Virus record (IMG/VR): IMGVR_UViG_3300035670_000025
DNA: 64,000 bases
From: a virus
Strand: one strand, 5' to 3'
Shown here: positions 9,931 through 19,970 of the stretch, one piece after another
Numbering within the stretch: the first letter of the stretch is position 1
Layout: every line of letters starts with the position of its first letter
Notes under the pieces: model-generated
What the model was told of the DNA's origin: nothing
The model's input: only the letters and a program-made list of their open reading frames with translations
The model's database searches: none
Translations under genes and position numbers: made by a program

Positions 9931-10578
9931 ATGAAATTAAACCAGCAAACCATTGCTGTTCTACAAAACTTTCAAACTTTGAACCCTTCGATTGTACTAA
10001 CTCCAGGAAACATTATTAAAACTATGACAAAAACCTCTGTCGCAAAGGCAGAGGTTTCTGATGTTTTTCCTATGAAAGTTGGTATTTATGATTTGTCTAA
10101 GTTTTTGGGTATTCTATCTTTAGATAGGGAATCTGATATAGATTTTCATGATAATCATATGATTATTAGACAAGGAAGAAGCAAGGTAAAATATAACTAT
10201 TGTGATCCTTCTCTGATTCTTTATCCAGAGAAAGAAATGAAGGATTTGCCTGTATATGTTGTGTTTGATTTGACCCCAGAAATTCTACAAGGGGTTACTA
10301 AAGCAATGTCTATTCTTGGATTTTCAGAAATTGAAATCCGTGGAGAAGATGGAGTTTTATCAATATCAACAGTTAACACAAAGAATAAAGGTTCGGATGT
10401 ATTCTCTACAGAGATTGGAGAAACCGATAAAACCTTTTCTGCTATTATTGAATCTGAAAAACTTAAGTTGATTCCTGCAACATATACTGTATCTTTAAGT
10501 AGTGAGGGAAGAGCACATCTTAAGAGTGATGTGGTTGAATATTGGATTGCACTAAGTGTCAAATCGGTCTTTGAATAA
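9931..10578 (+). CDS. gp45: Sliding clamp gp45
   Basis: MKL...T...L.NF..N, GIYDL..FL, EYWIAL; synteny. Confidence 0.9.
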   Translation: MKLNQQTIAVLQNFQTLNPSIVLTPGNIIKTMTKTSVAKAEVSDVFPMKVGIYDLSKFLGILSLDRESDIDFHDNHMIIRQGRSKVKYNYCDPSLILYPEKEMKDLPVYVVFDLTPEILQGVTKAMSILGFSEIEIRGEDGVLSISTVNTKNKGSDVFSTEIGETDKTFSAIIESEKLKLIPATYTVSLSSEGRAHLKSDVVEYWIALSVKSVFE

Positions 10579-10589
10579 GGATTTATATT

Positions 10590-11519
10590 ATGGAACATTA
10601 TTTGTTTGTAGAAAAGTATCGTCCAAAGACGGTTGCTGAAACCATTCTTCCTGAGAGACTAAAACAGACTTTTCTTGATTTTGTATCTCAGAAAAGCATT
10701 CCAAATCTGATTCTATCAGGTGCTCCTGGAGTTGGTAAAACTACTATTGCCAGAGCAATGCTAGAAGAACTAAATTGTGATTATATGATTATCAATGGAT
10801 CTCTTGATGGAAACATTGATACTCTTAGAACACAAATTAAGGATTTTGCTTCTTCCATGTCTATTTCTGGTGGAAGAAAGTATGTAATCCTTGATGAAGC
10901 AGATTACCTAACAACTGCCACACAACCTGCACTTCGTAATTTTATGGAAGAGTTTTCGGCAAACTGTGGTTTTATTCTTACTTGTAATTTTAAGCATAAG
11001 ATCATTGAACCTTTGCATTCTCGGTGTTCTACTGTTGAATTTATTTACAGTAAGCAGGAAAGATTAGAAATTGCTGCACAGTTCTATAAGAGAATCCGTG
11101 ACATTTTAACAAAAGAAAACATTGAGTTTGATAAGAATGCTGTTGCTGAAGTAATCAGAAAGTTCTTCCCAGATTTCAGAAAGATTCTGAATGAACTACA
11201 GAAGTATTCTGTATCTGGTAAGATTGATTCTGGTATTTTGACAGACTTTGAGACTGTTCAATTAAAGCAACTTGTTGGTATGATAAAGGAGAAGAACTTT
11301 ACGGGCATTCGTAAATGGTCGGTTGAAGCAGAATATGATGATACTACATTATATCGTAAATTGTATGATACTGCATCTACATATTTCACTCCACAATCAA
11401 TACCAACTTTAGTATTAATCTTATCAAAATATATGTATCAGGCAGCCTTTGCCGCAGATAAAGAGATAAATACAATGGCGTGTTTAGTTGAAATTATGTT
11501 GGAATGTGAGATGAAATAA
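10590..11519 (+). CDS. gp44: Clamp loader large subunit gp44
   Basis: VEKYRP, GAPGVGKTT, DEAD, SRC. Confidence 0.95.
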   Translation: MEHYLFVEKYRPKTVAETILPERLKQTFLDFVSQKSIPNLILSGAPGVGKTTIARAMLEELNCDYMIINGSLDGNIDTLRTQIKDFASSMSISGGRKYVILDEADYLTTATQPALRNFMEEFSANCGFILTCNFKHKIIEPLHSRCSTVEFIYSKQERLEIAAQFYKRIRDILTKENIEFDKNAVAEVIRKFFPDFRKILNELQKYSVSGKIDSGILTDFETVQLKQLVGMIKEKNFTGIRKWSVEAEYDDTTLYRKLYDTASTYFTPQSIPTLVLILSKYMYQAAFAADKEINTMACLVEIMLECEMK

Positions 11520-11539
11520 TTATTGTTGGGCAAGAACAC

Positions 11540-11713
11540 ATGTCTAAGATGGACAAATACTTCAAGAGAACTTGTCAACTTTGCGGGAGTGTATATTCTA
11601 AGACATTTCCGAATAAGATTAAAGTTAAAACCTCTGATGGGGTTTTAAAAATGAAGATATGTGATTCTTGTGCCAACACTCTTGAAGAGATAAAGTTGAA
11701 GGATATACAATGA
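11540..11713 (+). CDS. Small zinc-ribbon protein (57 aa, not in ORF track)
   Basis: CQLC...CDSC; stop overlaps gp62 start. Confidence 0.55.
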   Translation: MSKMDKYFKRTCQLCGSVYSKTFPNKIKVKTSDGVLKMKICDSCANTLEEIKLKDIQ

Positions 11714-12084
11714 CCCCTTTTGATTTTGTGAATGATATTATGTTCAAGAAAGAACATATAATGGTTGATGAATACCTAGAATCGTTATATGTGCCCTTTG
11801 TTTGTAATCGGGCACTTTCTCTATATCCAGATACACTATTTCATGCAAACGAGATGAATATCAATCATCATCTGGATAAAAAACTCCAATATGAATACCA
11901 TTATAACTCTATTCGTAAAAAGAAAAGGTTTGAAAAATGGCCTTGGAAAAAGACATCTGCCTCTGATGTTGATCTAATTTGTGATGTTTATAAATATAAT
12001 CGTGTCAAAGCAAGAGAAGTTCTTTCTATTTTGACCGATGAACAATTATCCGAATTGAAAAAACAACAAGAAAAGGGCGGATAG
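11710..12084 (+). CDS. gp62: Clamp loader small subunit gp62
   Basis: PFDFVN, YVPFVCNRALS..DT...ANEMN, RKKKRF.KW. Confidence 0.9.
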   Translation: MTPFDFVNDIMFKKEHIMVDEYLESLYVPFVCNRALSLYPDTLFHANEMNINHHLDKKLQYEYHYNSIRKKKRFEKWPWKKTSASDVDLICDVYKYNRVKAREVLSILTDEQLSELKKQQEKGG

Positions 12085-12480
12085 ATGATTGATAAGTTAG
12101 TTGAAGTGAAACTAGAAAAGGAACAAGATTTTCTTAAAATAAAAGAAACTCTAACACGAATCGGTGTTGCATCCAGAAAAGAAAATAAGTTATATCAATC
12201 TTGTCATATTTTACATAAACAAGGTAGATATTTTATAGTTCATTTTAAAGAATTGTTTGCATTAGATGGAAAACAAACCGATTTCTCTGATGATGATAAA
12301 GGTAGAAGAAATACAATTGCTGCTCTTTTAGAAGAATGGGGATTGTTGAAACTAATTTCTCCTGATAAAATTAAAGAACCTAGATCACCATTATCTCAAA
12401 TCAAAATTCTTTCTTTTAAAGAAAAACCAAATTGGGAATGCGTTGCTAAGTATACAATAGGTCGTAAAGGCAACTCATAG
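12085..12480 (+). CDS. regA: Translational repressor RegA
   Basis: DFLKIKETLTRIGVAS, LYQSCHILHKQGRYFIVHFKELF. Confidence 0.97.
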   Translation: MIDKLVEVKLEKEQDFLKIKETLTRIGVASRKENKLYQSCHILHKQGRYFIVHFKELFALDGKQTDFSDDDKGRRNTIAALLEEWGLLKLISPDKIKEPRSPLSQIKILSFKEKPNWECVAKYTIGRKGNS

Positions 12481-12558
12481 TAATCTGTATACATGTGGTA
12501 ATTGTGTTAAGTATTAAAGACAACTCATAGTAATCTGTATACATGTGGTAATTGTGTT
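12471..12558. repeat. Perfect 38-bp direct repeat x2 (50-bp period)
   Basis: CAACTCATAGTAATCTGTATACATGTGGTAATTGTGTT at 12471-12508 and 12521-12558. Confidence 0.95.
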
Positions 12559-12664
12559 GGGTTGTATCTAAATAATTGAGTTTAGTCCACCATATACAAC
12601 CTATATATACAACAAATCATATACAACCTATGCTTTTTTGCATACCTTTTATGCAAAAAAGTGC

Positions 12665-12693
12665 TTGACATTAGGTGTAGGGTTTGGTATTAT
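12665..12693 (+). promoter_or_regulatory. sigma70-type early promoter
   Basis: TTGACA-N17-TATTAT. Confidence 0.65.
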
Positions 12694-12699
12694 ACTTGT

Positions 12700-13041
12700 A
12701 TGAATAACGGACGCAAACGCAAAGGTCGAACAGACCGCACCCACATCATCTACGAGCTTAACGTAGAAGGTGATACCTATATCGGCATTACCTTCTTGAG
12801 GGATAAATCCGTTCGTAAGTCGATGCATAAACGCATCGGTCAGCATTGGTATAATGCTCATACGAGAGGATACTCCTGGAAGCTGTCTAAGGCTTTGCTA
12901 AGTCTTGAGACGGTAGAGGATGTTGGATACCGTGTACTGGCAAAGGTTCGTGGTAAAGATGCTGCTCATTTGATGGAGCGTGAACTTATCGCAGAACTGG
13001 AACCCACTCTCAACACGGATATACGAGAAATCGCAGAGTGA
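12700..13041 (+). CDS. GIY-YIG-like nuclease
   Basis: IIYEL...TYIGIT, conserved R..H, E..LI...PTLN. Confidence 0.65.
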   Translation: MNNGRKRKGRTDRTHIIYELNVEGDTYIGITFLRDKSVRKSMHKRIGQHWYNAHTRGYSWKLSKALLSLETVEDVGYRVLAKVRGKDAAHLMERELIAELEPTLNTDIREIAE

Positions 13042-13065
13042 GGGATTCGTTCCTCACTCTTTTTT
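13036..13065 (+). terminator. Intrinsic terminator
   Basis: GAGTGAGGGA-ttcgt-TCCTCACTC + T-tract. Confidence 0.7.
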
Positions 13066-13080
13066 CATATAGAGGAAACA

Positions 13081-13254
13081 ATGCAAAGTCCATGTATTAA
13101 GGTGTGTAAGATTGATCCACACACAGAGATGTGTGTTGGATGTAAACGATATGTTGAAGAAATTGAAGTTTGGTCTATCTTGACAGACGAGAATCGTTCT
13201 TCTATAATGGAAGAACTAAAGGAGAGATCAGATGAGAAAACAAAAGAAACCTAG
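13081..13254 (+). CDS. DUF1289/YdhL-like small Cys-rich protein (57 aa, not in ORF track)
   Basis: MQSPCIKVCKID...CVGCKR..EEI..W. Confidence 0.8.
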   Translation: MQSPCIKVCKIDPHTEMCVGCKRYVEEIEVWSILTDENRSSIMEELKERSDEKTKET

Positions 13255-13360
13255 AACAGCATATGTTCTTTTTGCTAAAGACACTCCTTTCAAACCAAAG
13301 GTAGTGCGAGACAAAACGAAATATACTAGAAAGGTAAAGCATAAAAATGAACGATATTGA
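13232..13360 (+). CDS. ArfA-like basic peptide (42 aa, not in ORF track)
   Basis: LFAKDTPFKPKVVRDKTKYTRKVKHK; AGGAG RBS upstream. Confidence 0.5.
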   Translation: MRKQKKPRTAYVLFAKDTPFKPKVVRDKTKYTRKVKHKNERY

Positions 13361-13805
13361 TCGACCGAGACGGCCACTGAAAGATAAGTCTTTCGGTGGC
13401 AGACACGATAAGTATATGAACATCCTGTCTAAGATGGCAAGTGCAGTTGAACCTGTTAGGCAAGCACGAATTGCTGCTTGTCTTGTTCTTAAAAATGAGA
13501 TCGTTTCGTTTGGTATAAATCAAATGAAAACACATCCGTTTCAAGCAATGTATGGTAAGAATAAAGAGTCTATTTTCTTACATGCTGAAACAGATTGTAT
13601 CAAAAATGCATTGAGAGAAATAAGTATTGACGATCTAACACGATGCACGTTATATGTATGTAGAATGAAGTACGAGACAAATGAAAAGAAAAAGTTTGTT
13701 TATGGTCTTGCGAAACCGTGTCCAGGATGTGCAAGAGCAATTGCAACTTTTGATATCAAAAATGTGTTCTATAGTTTAGACAATAATGGTTATGTGCAAT
13801 TGTGA
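13347..13805 (+). CDS. Cytidine/dCMP deaminase-fold protein
   Basis: HAE and PCPGC zinc motifs. Confidence 0.8.
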   Translation: MNDIDRPRRPLKDKSFGGRHDKYMNILSKMASAVEPVRQARIAACLVLKNEIVSFGINQMKTHPFQAMYGKNKESIFLHAETDCIKNALREISIDDLTRCTLYVCRMKYETNEKKKFVYGLAKPCPGCARAIATFDIKNVFYSLDNNGYVQL

Positions 13806-13811
13806 GGCAAA

Positions 13812-14093
13812 ATGAAAATTCAAATTGAATTAGATGAAACGCAGATGATCCCGTATCTAACAGAAATGGCAAGAGATCAAATCTGGCATATCAATTATAC
13901 AATTAAAATGCTACGGAATAATTATACAGATTCTGCATCTCCAATTCATTTGTTTAAAGATTTGCAAGACTTTTTTGCAACACTTGATGCGACAAATAAG
14001 TTACTTGTATATCACGGAGGAGAACCAGTAGAACTGGTGTGTGCTAATGTTGAAGTGGGATATGATTTAGACGGAGAACCCTTCAACAAATAG
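13812..14093 (+). CDS. Hypothetical protein
   Basis: ORF with GAGG RBS. Confidence 0.55.
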   Translation: MKIQIELDETQMIPYLTEMARDQIWHINYTIKMLRNNYTDSASPIHLFKDLQDFFATLDATNKLLVYHGGEPVELVCANVEVGYDLDGEPFNK

Positions 14094-14096
14094 GCC

Positions 14097-14125
14097 TTGA
14101 CATCTGTATTTGTGTGTGCTATATT
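14097..14125 (+). promoter_or_regulatory. sigma70-type early promoter
   Basis: TTGACA-N17-TATATT. Confidence 0.65.
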
Positions 14126-14149
14126 AGTATCACAATTAGGAGAGACGAG

Positions 14150-14419
14150 ATGAAAACCCAGGTTAAGATTGTTCCGATCTCTTACCGTTCTGTTATGCAT
14201 TCCAAGCATTTCAATCTTGGTGTGGATGATGTTGTGAAGAATAAAGGATGGAATATTCTTTATGATACTTGGACTGCAAACAAACAGTGGAACTATGAAC
14301 GTGGTCGTCTTTTTGCAGTTTATACTAAGGGCGGTGTGCCTGTAAAGGGAAACAAAAAAGTAACAAGTGAAGCAATTCGTGCAATGTTTGACGGATTTAT
14401 AGAGAAAGCAATTCTATAA
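14150..14419 (+). CDS. Hypothetical protein
   Basis: AGGAG RBS, ATG 14150; followed by hairpin 14421-14453. Confidence 0.65.
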   Translation: MKTQVKIVPISYRSVMHSKHFNLGVDDVVKNKGWNILYDTWTANKQWNYERGRLFAVYTKGGVPVKGNKKVTSEAIRAMFDGFIEKAIL

Positions 14420-14548
14420 TAATTACCCTCGGAATTTTATTCCGGGGGTAATTTTGTATATTGACAATGATTCTGAAGTTGCCTATATATATGTTGTGCT
14501 GCCTAATGGAGCACATAATTCAAACCTTGCTTAAATAGGAGGAATAAC

Positions 14549-15001
14549 ATGGGTTACAATTCTTTTCCAGACGTTTATCGTGCATTATCTGTTGGTTTTG
14601 AAGATACTGTAAAGCAACTTGATTCAATTGCACGAAATACCGCAAAGTCTTTTGGATATCCACCTTACAATATTGTGAAGGTTGATGAGAATAAGTATGT
14701 AATTGAAGTTGCCGTTGCTGGATTTTCCAAACAAGATTTGACTGTTGAACTAAAGGAAAACTCGTTGGTGGTTTCTGGTAACATTACAGCAAACACTCCT
14801 GCGGAAAATTATCTCTACAAGGGTATTGCAGATCGTGCCTTTACCCGTGCTTTCAATATTGCAGATACGGTAGAGATTCAAAACACACAACTTATGAATG
14901 GAATGCTTAAGATATTCCTAGAGAATATTATTCCAGAACATAAGAAATCACGAAAGTTTGATATTGAAGATGTACAGGATACCACAAAAACAAAAAAGTA
15001 A
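14549..15001 (+). CDS. Small heat-shock protein Hsp20 (IbpA-like)
   Basis: YPPYNI, IEVAVAGF, YKGIA.RAFTRAF, NGML.I. Confidence 0.95.
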   Translation: MGYNSFPDVYRALSVGFEDTVKQLDSIARNTAKSFGYPPYNIVKVDENKYVIEVAVAGFSKQDLTVELKENSLVVSGNITANTPAENYLYKGIADRAFTRAFNIADTVEIQNTQLMNGMLKIFLENIIPEHKKSRKFDIEDVQDTTKTKK

Positions 15002-15023
15002 CTTTTTTTGAAAAAGTATTTGG

Positions 15024-15055
15024 AAAGAGAAGGGGGTAACTCCTTCTCTTTTTTT
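15024..15055 (+). terminator. Intrinsic terminator
   Basis: AAAGAGAAGGGG-gtaa-CTCCTTCTCTTT + T-tract. Confidence 0.75.
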
Positions 15056-15126
15056 GTTATTGACGATTATTCATAAATGGATCATGCTAGTGCCATATGA
15101 CCTGTTTATAGATCAAGAGAGGTATA

Positions 15127-17619
15127 ATGAACTTCTATACAAATGTTGCACAATACAAGAGTCAAATTCTTGTACGTGGATACGATAATGGGAAAAGATT
15201 CAAGGAAGAAGTTCCTTACTGCCCGTATTTGTTTGTATCTTCAAGAAAAGATAGTAAGTATCGAACAATCGATGGTTCTCCTGTTATGAAAAAACAGTTT
15301 GAATCAATCTACGAAGCACATCAGTATTATAAAACACATAACAATGTTGATGGGTTCAATATCTATGGACTCAATCAATATGCATATACTTATATCCATG
15401 ATACCTTTCCAAATATCAAATATGATACAAATCTAATCAAAACTGTAGTGCTCGATATCGAAGTAAGCACTGATGAAAAATTCCCAAATATTCAAGAAGC
15501 AGATTGTAAAATTACTGCTATTACACTGTTGTATAATGACATCATCTTTGCTCTTGGGTATGGTGATTTTGCAACGAAAGATAATAAAGTGAAGTATATT
15601 CGTTGTAAGAACGAGCATGATTTGCTTCATAAGTTCATTAAGATCTGGTCATCAGAATTATATAGTCCTGATGTTGTTACAGGTTGGAACGTAGAACTAT
15701 TCGATATTCCATATTGCGTTAATCGTATTTCTAGGGTGCTAGGACGAGAATTTGCGGACATGCTGTCCCCATGGGGCATACTAGAAGAAAGAACTGTAGT
15801 ATCTCACGGGAAAGAGAATACGGCATTTACTCCTATTGGTGTGAATGTTCTTGATTATTTTCAGTTATATAAAAAGTTCACATATACACAACAGGAATCA
15901 TATAAGTTAGATAACATTTGTTATGTTGAACTTGGAGAGAAGAAATTAGATTATTCTGAATATGAATCGTTGGCAGGATTGTATCGAAACGATCATCAAA
16001 AGTTCATGGAATATAATATTCGTGATTGTTTGCTAGTAAAGAAACTAGACGACAAGATGAAATTGCTCGATCTTGTTTATACCTTTGCATACGATTCTGG
16101 AATTAATTTTGTTGACGCATTAACTACGGTGAGAACCTGGGATGTAATTATTCATAATTATTTGTTGGATAGAAATATCGTAATTCCACAAAAGAAAGAT
16201 AATAAAGCAGATCGTATTCCAGTTGGTGGATATGTAAAAGATCCGCAAACGGGAATGCACGATTGGATCGTATCTTTTGATTTGACGAGTCTATATCCAC
16301 ATTTGATTATGGGTTATAACATCTCACCAGATACTTATCGTGGTAAACTGGATAAGATTTATTCTACAGAAGAATTGTTGGAAGGAGTTAATCCTGACGT
16401 TCAACAATACTGCATAGATAAAAACTTATCCTTCACTGCAAATTCTTGTTTTTATACCCGAGAGTTTCAAGGGTTTCTTCCTGCATTGATGGAAGAACTC
16501 TTTAATAAAAGAAAAGAGTATAAGAATAAGATGCTTGATTTGAAGAAAGAATACGAGAAAACCAAGAATCTGGAATTGCAGAATGAGATTGCTAAGTATG
16601 AGAATCTACAGATGGCAGCAAAGATCAAACTCAATTCTGCCTATGGTGCTCTTGCAAATACTTATTTCAGATGGTTTGATTTTAATTATGCAGAATCTAT
16701 TACTATGTCCGGACAATTAACAATTCGTTGGGCAGAAAAGTATTTGAATGCATACTTAAATAAAATACTCAAGACAGATGGAATAGATTACTGCATTGCA
16801 AGTGATACCGATTCTGTTTATCTTAATTTTGGTCCTGTTGTTTCTAAATTTGGAACGACGGATAAGATAGAGATTATCAAAACGATTGATAATTTGTGTG
16901 AAAAGAAAATCCAACCGATCTTAGATAAGATCTATACCGATTTGTCAAACCAGATGAATGCTTATAAACAGGCAATGTTTATGAAACGAGAAGGCATATC
17001 AGATCGTGCAATTTTCATTGCAAAGAAACGATATATTACCAATCTTTGGAACAATGAAGGCATTCAATATGAAAAACCAAAGTTGAAAATGATGGGCATC
17101 GAAGCAGTTCGATCTTCAACTCCTGCTTCCTGTAGACTTGCAATTAAGAATGCCATACAAGTTATCTTGACTGGAACTGAGGATGATGCTATTAAATTCA
17201 TCAATGAGTTTAGAGACTCATTTGTAACTCTTCCGTTTGAAGATGTTGCTTTTCCTCGTGGAGTAAATGGCATGGATAAGTATTTTGATAGAGAAAACAT
17301 TTATAAAAAGAGTACACCAATCCATGTTCGTGGTGCATTACTTTACAACAAACTAATCAAAGATAGAAAATTGACTGACAGGTTTTCTGAAATCTTTGAT
17401 AAGGAAAAGGTAAAGTTCTGTTATTTAAAAATGCCAAATCCATTACAAGAAAATGTAATATCTGTGCCTACTGTTTTGCCCAAACAACTTGAATTAGATA
17501 AATATATAGATTACGAACTTCAATTCGAGAAAGCATTTCTTGAACCAATTAAAACCATCTTGGATGTTATTGGTTGGCAAACAGAAAAGAAAACCACAAT
17601 ATCTACATTTTTTGCATAA
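15127..17619 (+). CDS. gp43: Family B DNA polymerase gp43
   Basis: DIEV, GWN..FD, SFDLTSLYP, K..LNSAYG, SDTDS. Confidence 0.97.
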   Translation: MNFYTNVAQYKSQILVRGYDNGKRFKEEVPYCPYLFVSSRKDSKYRTIDGSPVMKKQFESIYEAHQYYKTHNNVDGFNIYGLNQYAYTYIHDTFPNIKYDTNLIKTVVLDIEVSTDEKFPNIQEADCKITAITLLYNDIIFALGYGDFATKDNKVKYIRCKNEHDLLHKFIKIWSSELYSPDVVTGWNVELFDIPYCVNRISRVLGREFADMLSPWGILEERTVVSHGKENTAFTPIGVNVLDYFQLYKKFTYTQQESYKLDNICYVELGEKKLDYSEYESLAGLYRNDHQKFMEYNIRDCLLVKKLDDKMKLLDLVYTFAYDSGINFVDALTTVRTWDVIIHNYLLDRNIVIPQKKDNKADRIPVGGYVKDPQTGMHDWIVSFDLTSLYPHLIMGYNISPDTYRGKLDKIYSTEELLEGVNPDVQQYCIDKNLSFTANSCFYTREFQGFLPALMEELFNKRKEYKNKMLDLKKEYEKTKNLELQNEIAKYENLQMAAKIKLNSAYGALANTYFRWFDFNYAESITMSGQLTIRWAEKYLNAYLNKILKTDGIDYCIASDTDSVYLNFGPVVSKFGTTDKIEIIKTIDNLCEKKIQPILDKIYTDLSNQMNAYKQAMFMKREGISDRAIFIAKKRYITNLWNNEGIQYEKPKLKMMGIEAVRSSTPASCRLAIKNAIQVILTGTEDDAIKFINEFRDSFVTLPFEDVAFPRGVNGMDKYFDRENIYKKSTPIHVRGALLYNKLIKDRKLTDRFSEIFDKEKVKFCYLKMPNPLQENVISVPTVLPKQLELDKYIDYELQFEKAFLEPIKTILDVIGWQTEKKTTISTFFA

Positions 17620-17628
17620 AGGTAACAA

Positions 17629-18570
17629 ATGAAATCTTTTAAAGAGTTTAGAGAACAATATCAAAATCTTCCTCTACTTACAGAGGAAGAGTTTCAAATC
17701 TTTCTTCAAATTTTACAAGAATCAGAAAATCCTGAAGATTATTATGAACAAACAAAAAAACAAATGGGTCCAAAGATGGGTCCATTATTGGGTAAAGGTT
17801 CTTCAAGAGCAGCACATGCTGGAGTAACTATTCCAATTAAATTGAGACAATATAGTAAGGATGGTGGTTCATATACTGTGGTGGACCATCATGTTCCTGT
17901 TGTTTATAAGTTTGCTATAAAACATTATAGCAGTTATGATTCTGTGCGTGAACCACATCAAAAAATGTTGGGTCAATTGCAAAATTTGAATGAAGTACAT
18001 CCTGTTTTTGATCCTCTGAGAACATATCACAAACATGAAGATGGTACATATTCTGCAAATCCACATGGTATTATACCAACGGTATTTCATGCACATCCAG
18101 AAGGATTATATTTAATATCAGAAAGAATTCGTCCTATTAAAACAGCAGATTTCCATAAGATTCATGGAATACATATGGATGATATGGGAGATTATTTAAA
18201 TGCTTTGCGTAATCATGCGATAAGGGGTCTTGGCAGTACAACTACTGGTATGGATATACAACAACACCAAGAATATGGTAAACATAATATAACAGAAGAT
18301 CATCCATTGGTAAAATCATGGAGGTCCGCTGTAACAGAAGCAGGACTTCATGGTGGAGACTTCAACGAAGATAATACTGGGATGAGCATAAATCATCCAC
18401 ACGGAGAAAGAGTATTGATGGCAGATTCTGGATTTCTTACACCACCTGGGCATGTAGAAGGATTACATAATACTGTTAAAGAATATGCTAAACGTAGTGA
18501 TAAAAAATATCAAGCTGATCGTAAAAAAATAAGAATGGGGATTCCATTAACTAATTATTCGAGAGAGTAA
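17629..18570 (+). CDS. Protein-kinase-like-fold protein with capsid-targeting-like N-terminus
   Basis: MKSFKEF; LGKGSSRAA loop, VYKFA, DFNEDN, MADSG. Confidence 0.55.
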   Translation: MKSFKEFREQYQNLPLLTEEEFQIFLQILQESENPEDYYEQTKKQMGPKMGPLLGKGSSRAAHAGVTIPIKLRQYSKDGGSYTVVDHHVPVVYKFAIKHYSSYDSVREPHQKMLGQLQNLNEVHPVFDPLRTYHKHEDGTYSANPHGIIPTVFHAHPEGLYLISERIRPIKTADFHKIHGIHMDDMGDYLNALRNHAIRGLGSTTTGMDIQQHQEYGKHNITEDHPLVKSWRSAVTEAGLHGGDFNEDNTGMSINHPHGERVLMADSGFLTPPGHVEGLHNTVKEYAKRSDKKYQADRKKIRMGIPLTNYSRE

Positions 18571-18572
18571 AA

Positions 18573-18839
18573 ATGATAAAAAATGATGATGATGATTTCG
18601 GTTTTACTATTGTTACTGAAGAAGAATTAAAAGAATATGAACGATTGCTTGAAAAGCAATTAGTTGAAGTTCAAACTTCTGCACAACAAAAAATGGAAGG
18701 ACTGAAAACACTATTTATGCCTTTACTTATTAATCTGATGAAAGATGAAGGCAAAACTTATATTTATTGGCCAAATCGAGTAGAAAAGATTAAAGCATTT
18801 ATACAGAAAATAGATAAGTATATACAAGACAACAAATAA
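18573..18839 (+). CDS. Conserved T4-like hypothetical protein
   Basis: DDFGFT..PLL.NL...YIYWPNR. Confidence 0.7.
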   Translation: MIKNDDDDFGFTIVTEEELKEYERLLEKQLVEVQTSAQQKMEGLKTLFMPLLINLMKDEGKTYIYWPNRVEKIKAFIQKIDKYIQDNK

Positions 18840-18909
18840 AAAAGACCTTGACTTTTGGTTTTGATTATGGTAATCTACACATACTGAAATCAGACCAAAA
18901 GGAGGACTT

Positions 18910-19866
18910 ATGGTTCTGAATCACGTCGCACGATTAGTTGCGATTATTATATCCATTGCTGCTGGAACGATCTCTGTGATCGGACTAGCATCAATGTTCT
19001 CTGGTGCCTTTTGGCCTGTCGTTATTGTTGCTTCATTACTTGAGGTTGCCAAAGTAGTAACTGCTGCTTGGCTGGAGCAACATTGGAAAACACTTGGGTA
19101 TAAACTCAAGAGTTATCTAGTTTCTGCTGTTATCGTGCTGATGTTAATTACATCACTCGGCATTTATGGGTTCTTCGCAAGAGCACATATTGAACAGCAG
19201 ATTCAAATGACAACCGGGGAAACTTCTCGATTGCCTTTGATTGAGAGTAAAATCAAGATCGAACGGCAAAAGCTTGCTGACCTTGACAAGCAAATTGCCC
19301 AGATAGATACTGCGGTATCTACTATGACAGAGAAGAGTAGGGCAACGAAAGACGCCAGATCGGCACTTGCTGCTGCACAACAGCAACGCAAGACACGTGA
19401 TGGGTTGGTCGCCAACAAAGATAAACTCTTTGTTGTTATTACAGAACTAGAAACGGAGAAATCACGACTAGAAAATGTAATAAAAAAGAATGAGGTTGAA
19501 GTAGGACCGTTGAAGTATCTTGCTAAACTCTATTATGGAGAGGCAAATGCTTCTAATCTTGAGCAAGCGGTTCAAATGCTCATCCTCACGCTAGTGTTTG
19601 TGTTCGATCCACTTGCAATTGCTCTATTGCTAGCATCGAATCATACAGCAAGCATTAGAAAACAAGAAACGCAATCTGTTAAACAGACCGTTTCTGCACC
19701 GGTAAATCGGCAATCCCGAGTTATACCGATGCCCGCAAAAGCGGCAAAATTGGCGAGTGTAAAAGCTCCTAAATTGCGCCGTGATAAGCGACCAACTTCC
19801 ACGCCGATTCTTAAGCGTCCTAGAAAAAAAAGAAAAGCACTAGATATGACTAATGCTAAATTCTGA
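18910..19866 (+). CDS. Membrane protein with coiled coil
   Basis: 3 N-terminal TM segments, coiled coil, EVGPLKY..VFDPLAI TM. Confidence 0.7.
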   Translation: MVLNHVARLVAIIISIAAGTISVIGLASMFSGAFWPVVIVASLLEVAKVVTAAWLEQHWKTLGYKLKSYLVSAVIVLMLITSLGIYGFFARAHIEQQIQMTTGETSRLPLIESKIKIERQKLADLDKQIAQIDTAVSTMTEKSRATKDARSALAAAQQQRKTRDGLVANKDKLFVVITELETEKSRLENVIKKNEVEVGPLKYLAKLYYGEANASNLEQAVQMLILTLVFVFDPLAIALLLASNHTASIRKQETQSVKQTVSAPVNRQSRVIPMPAKAAKLASVKAPKLRRDKRPTSTPILKRPRKKRKALDMTNAKF

Positions 19867-19874
19867 TTTTTCGG

Positions 19875-19906
19875 TCCCCATGGATTAGTTTCCATGGGGA
19901 TTTTTT
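19875..19906 (+). terminator. Intrinsic terminator
   Basis: TCCCCATGGA-ttagtt-TCCATGGGGA + T-tract. Confidence 0.75.
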
Positions 19907-19970
19907 ATTGACCTATACTTCAATTTGTATTATGATAATCCTATTATCCAAATAACATAGGAGACATTAT

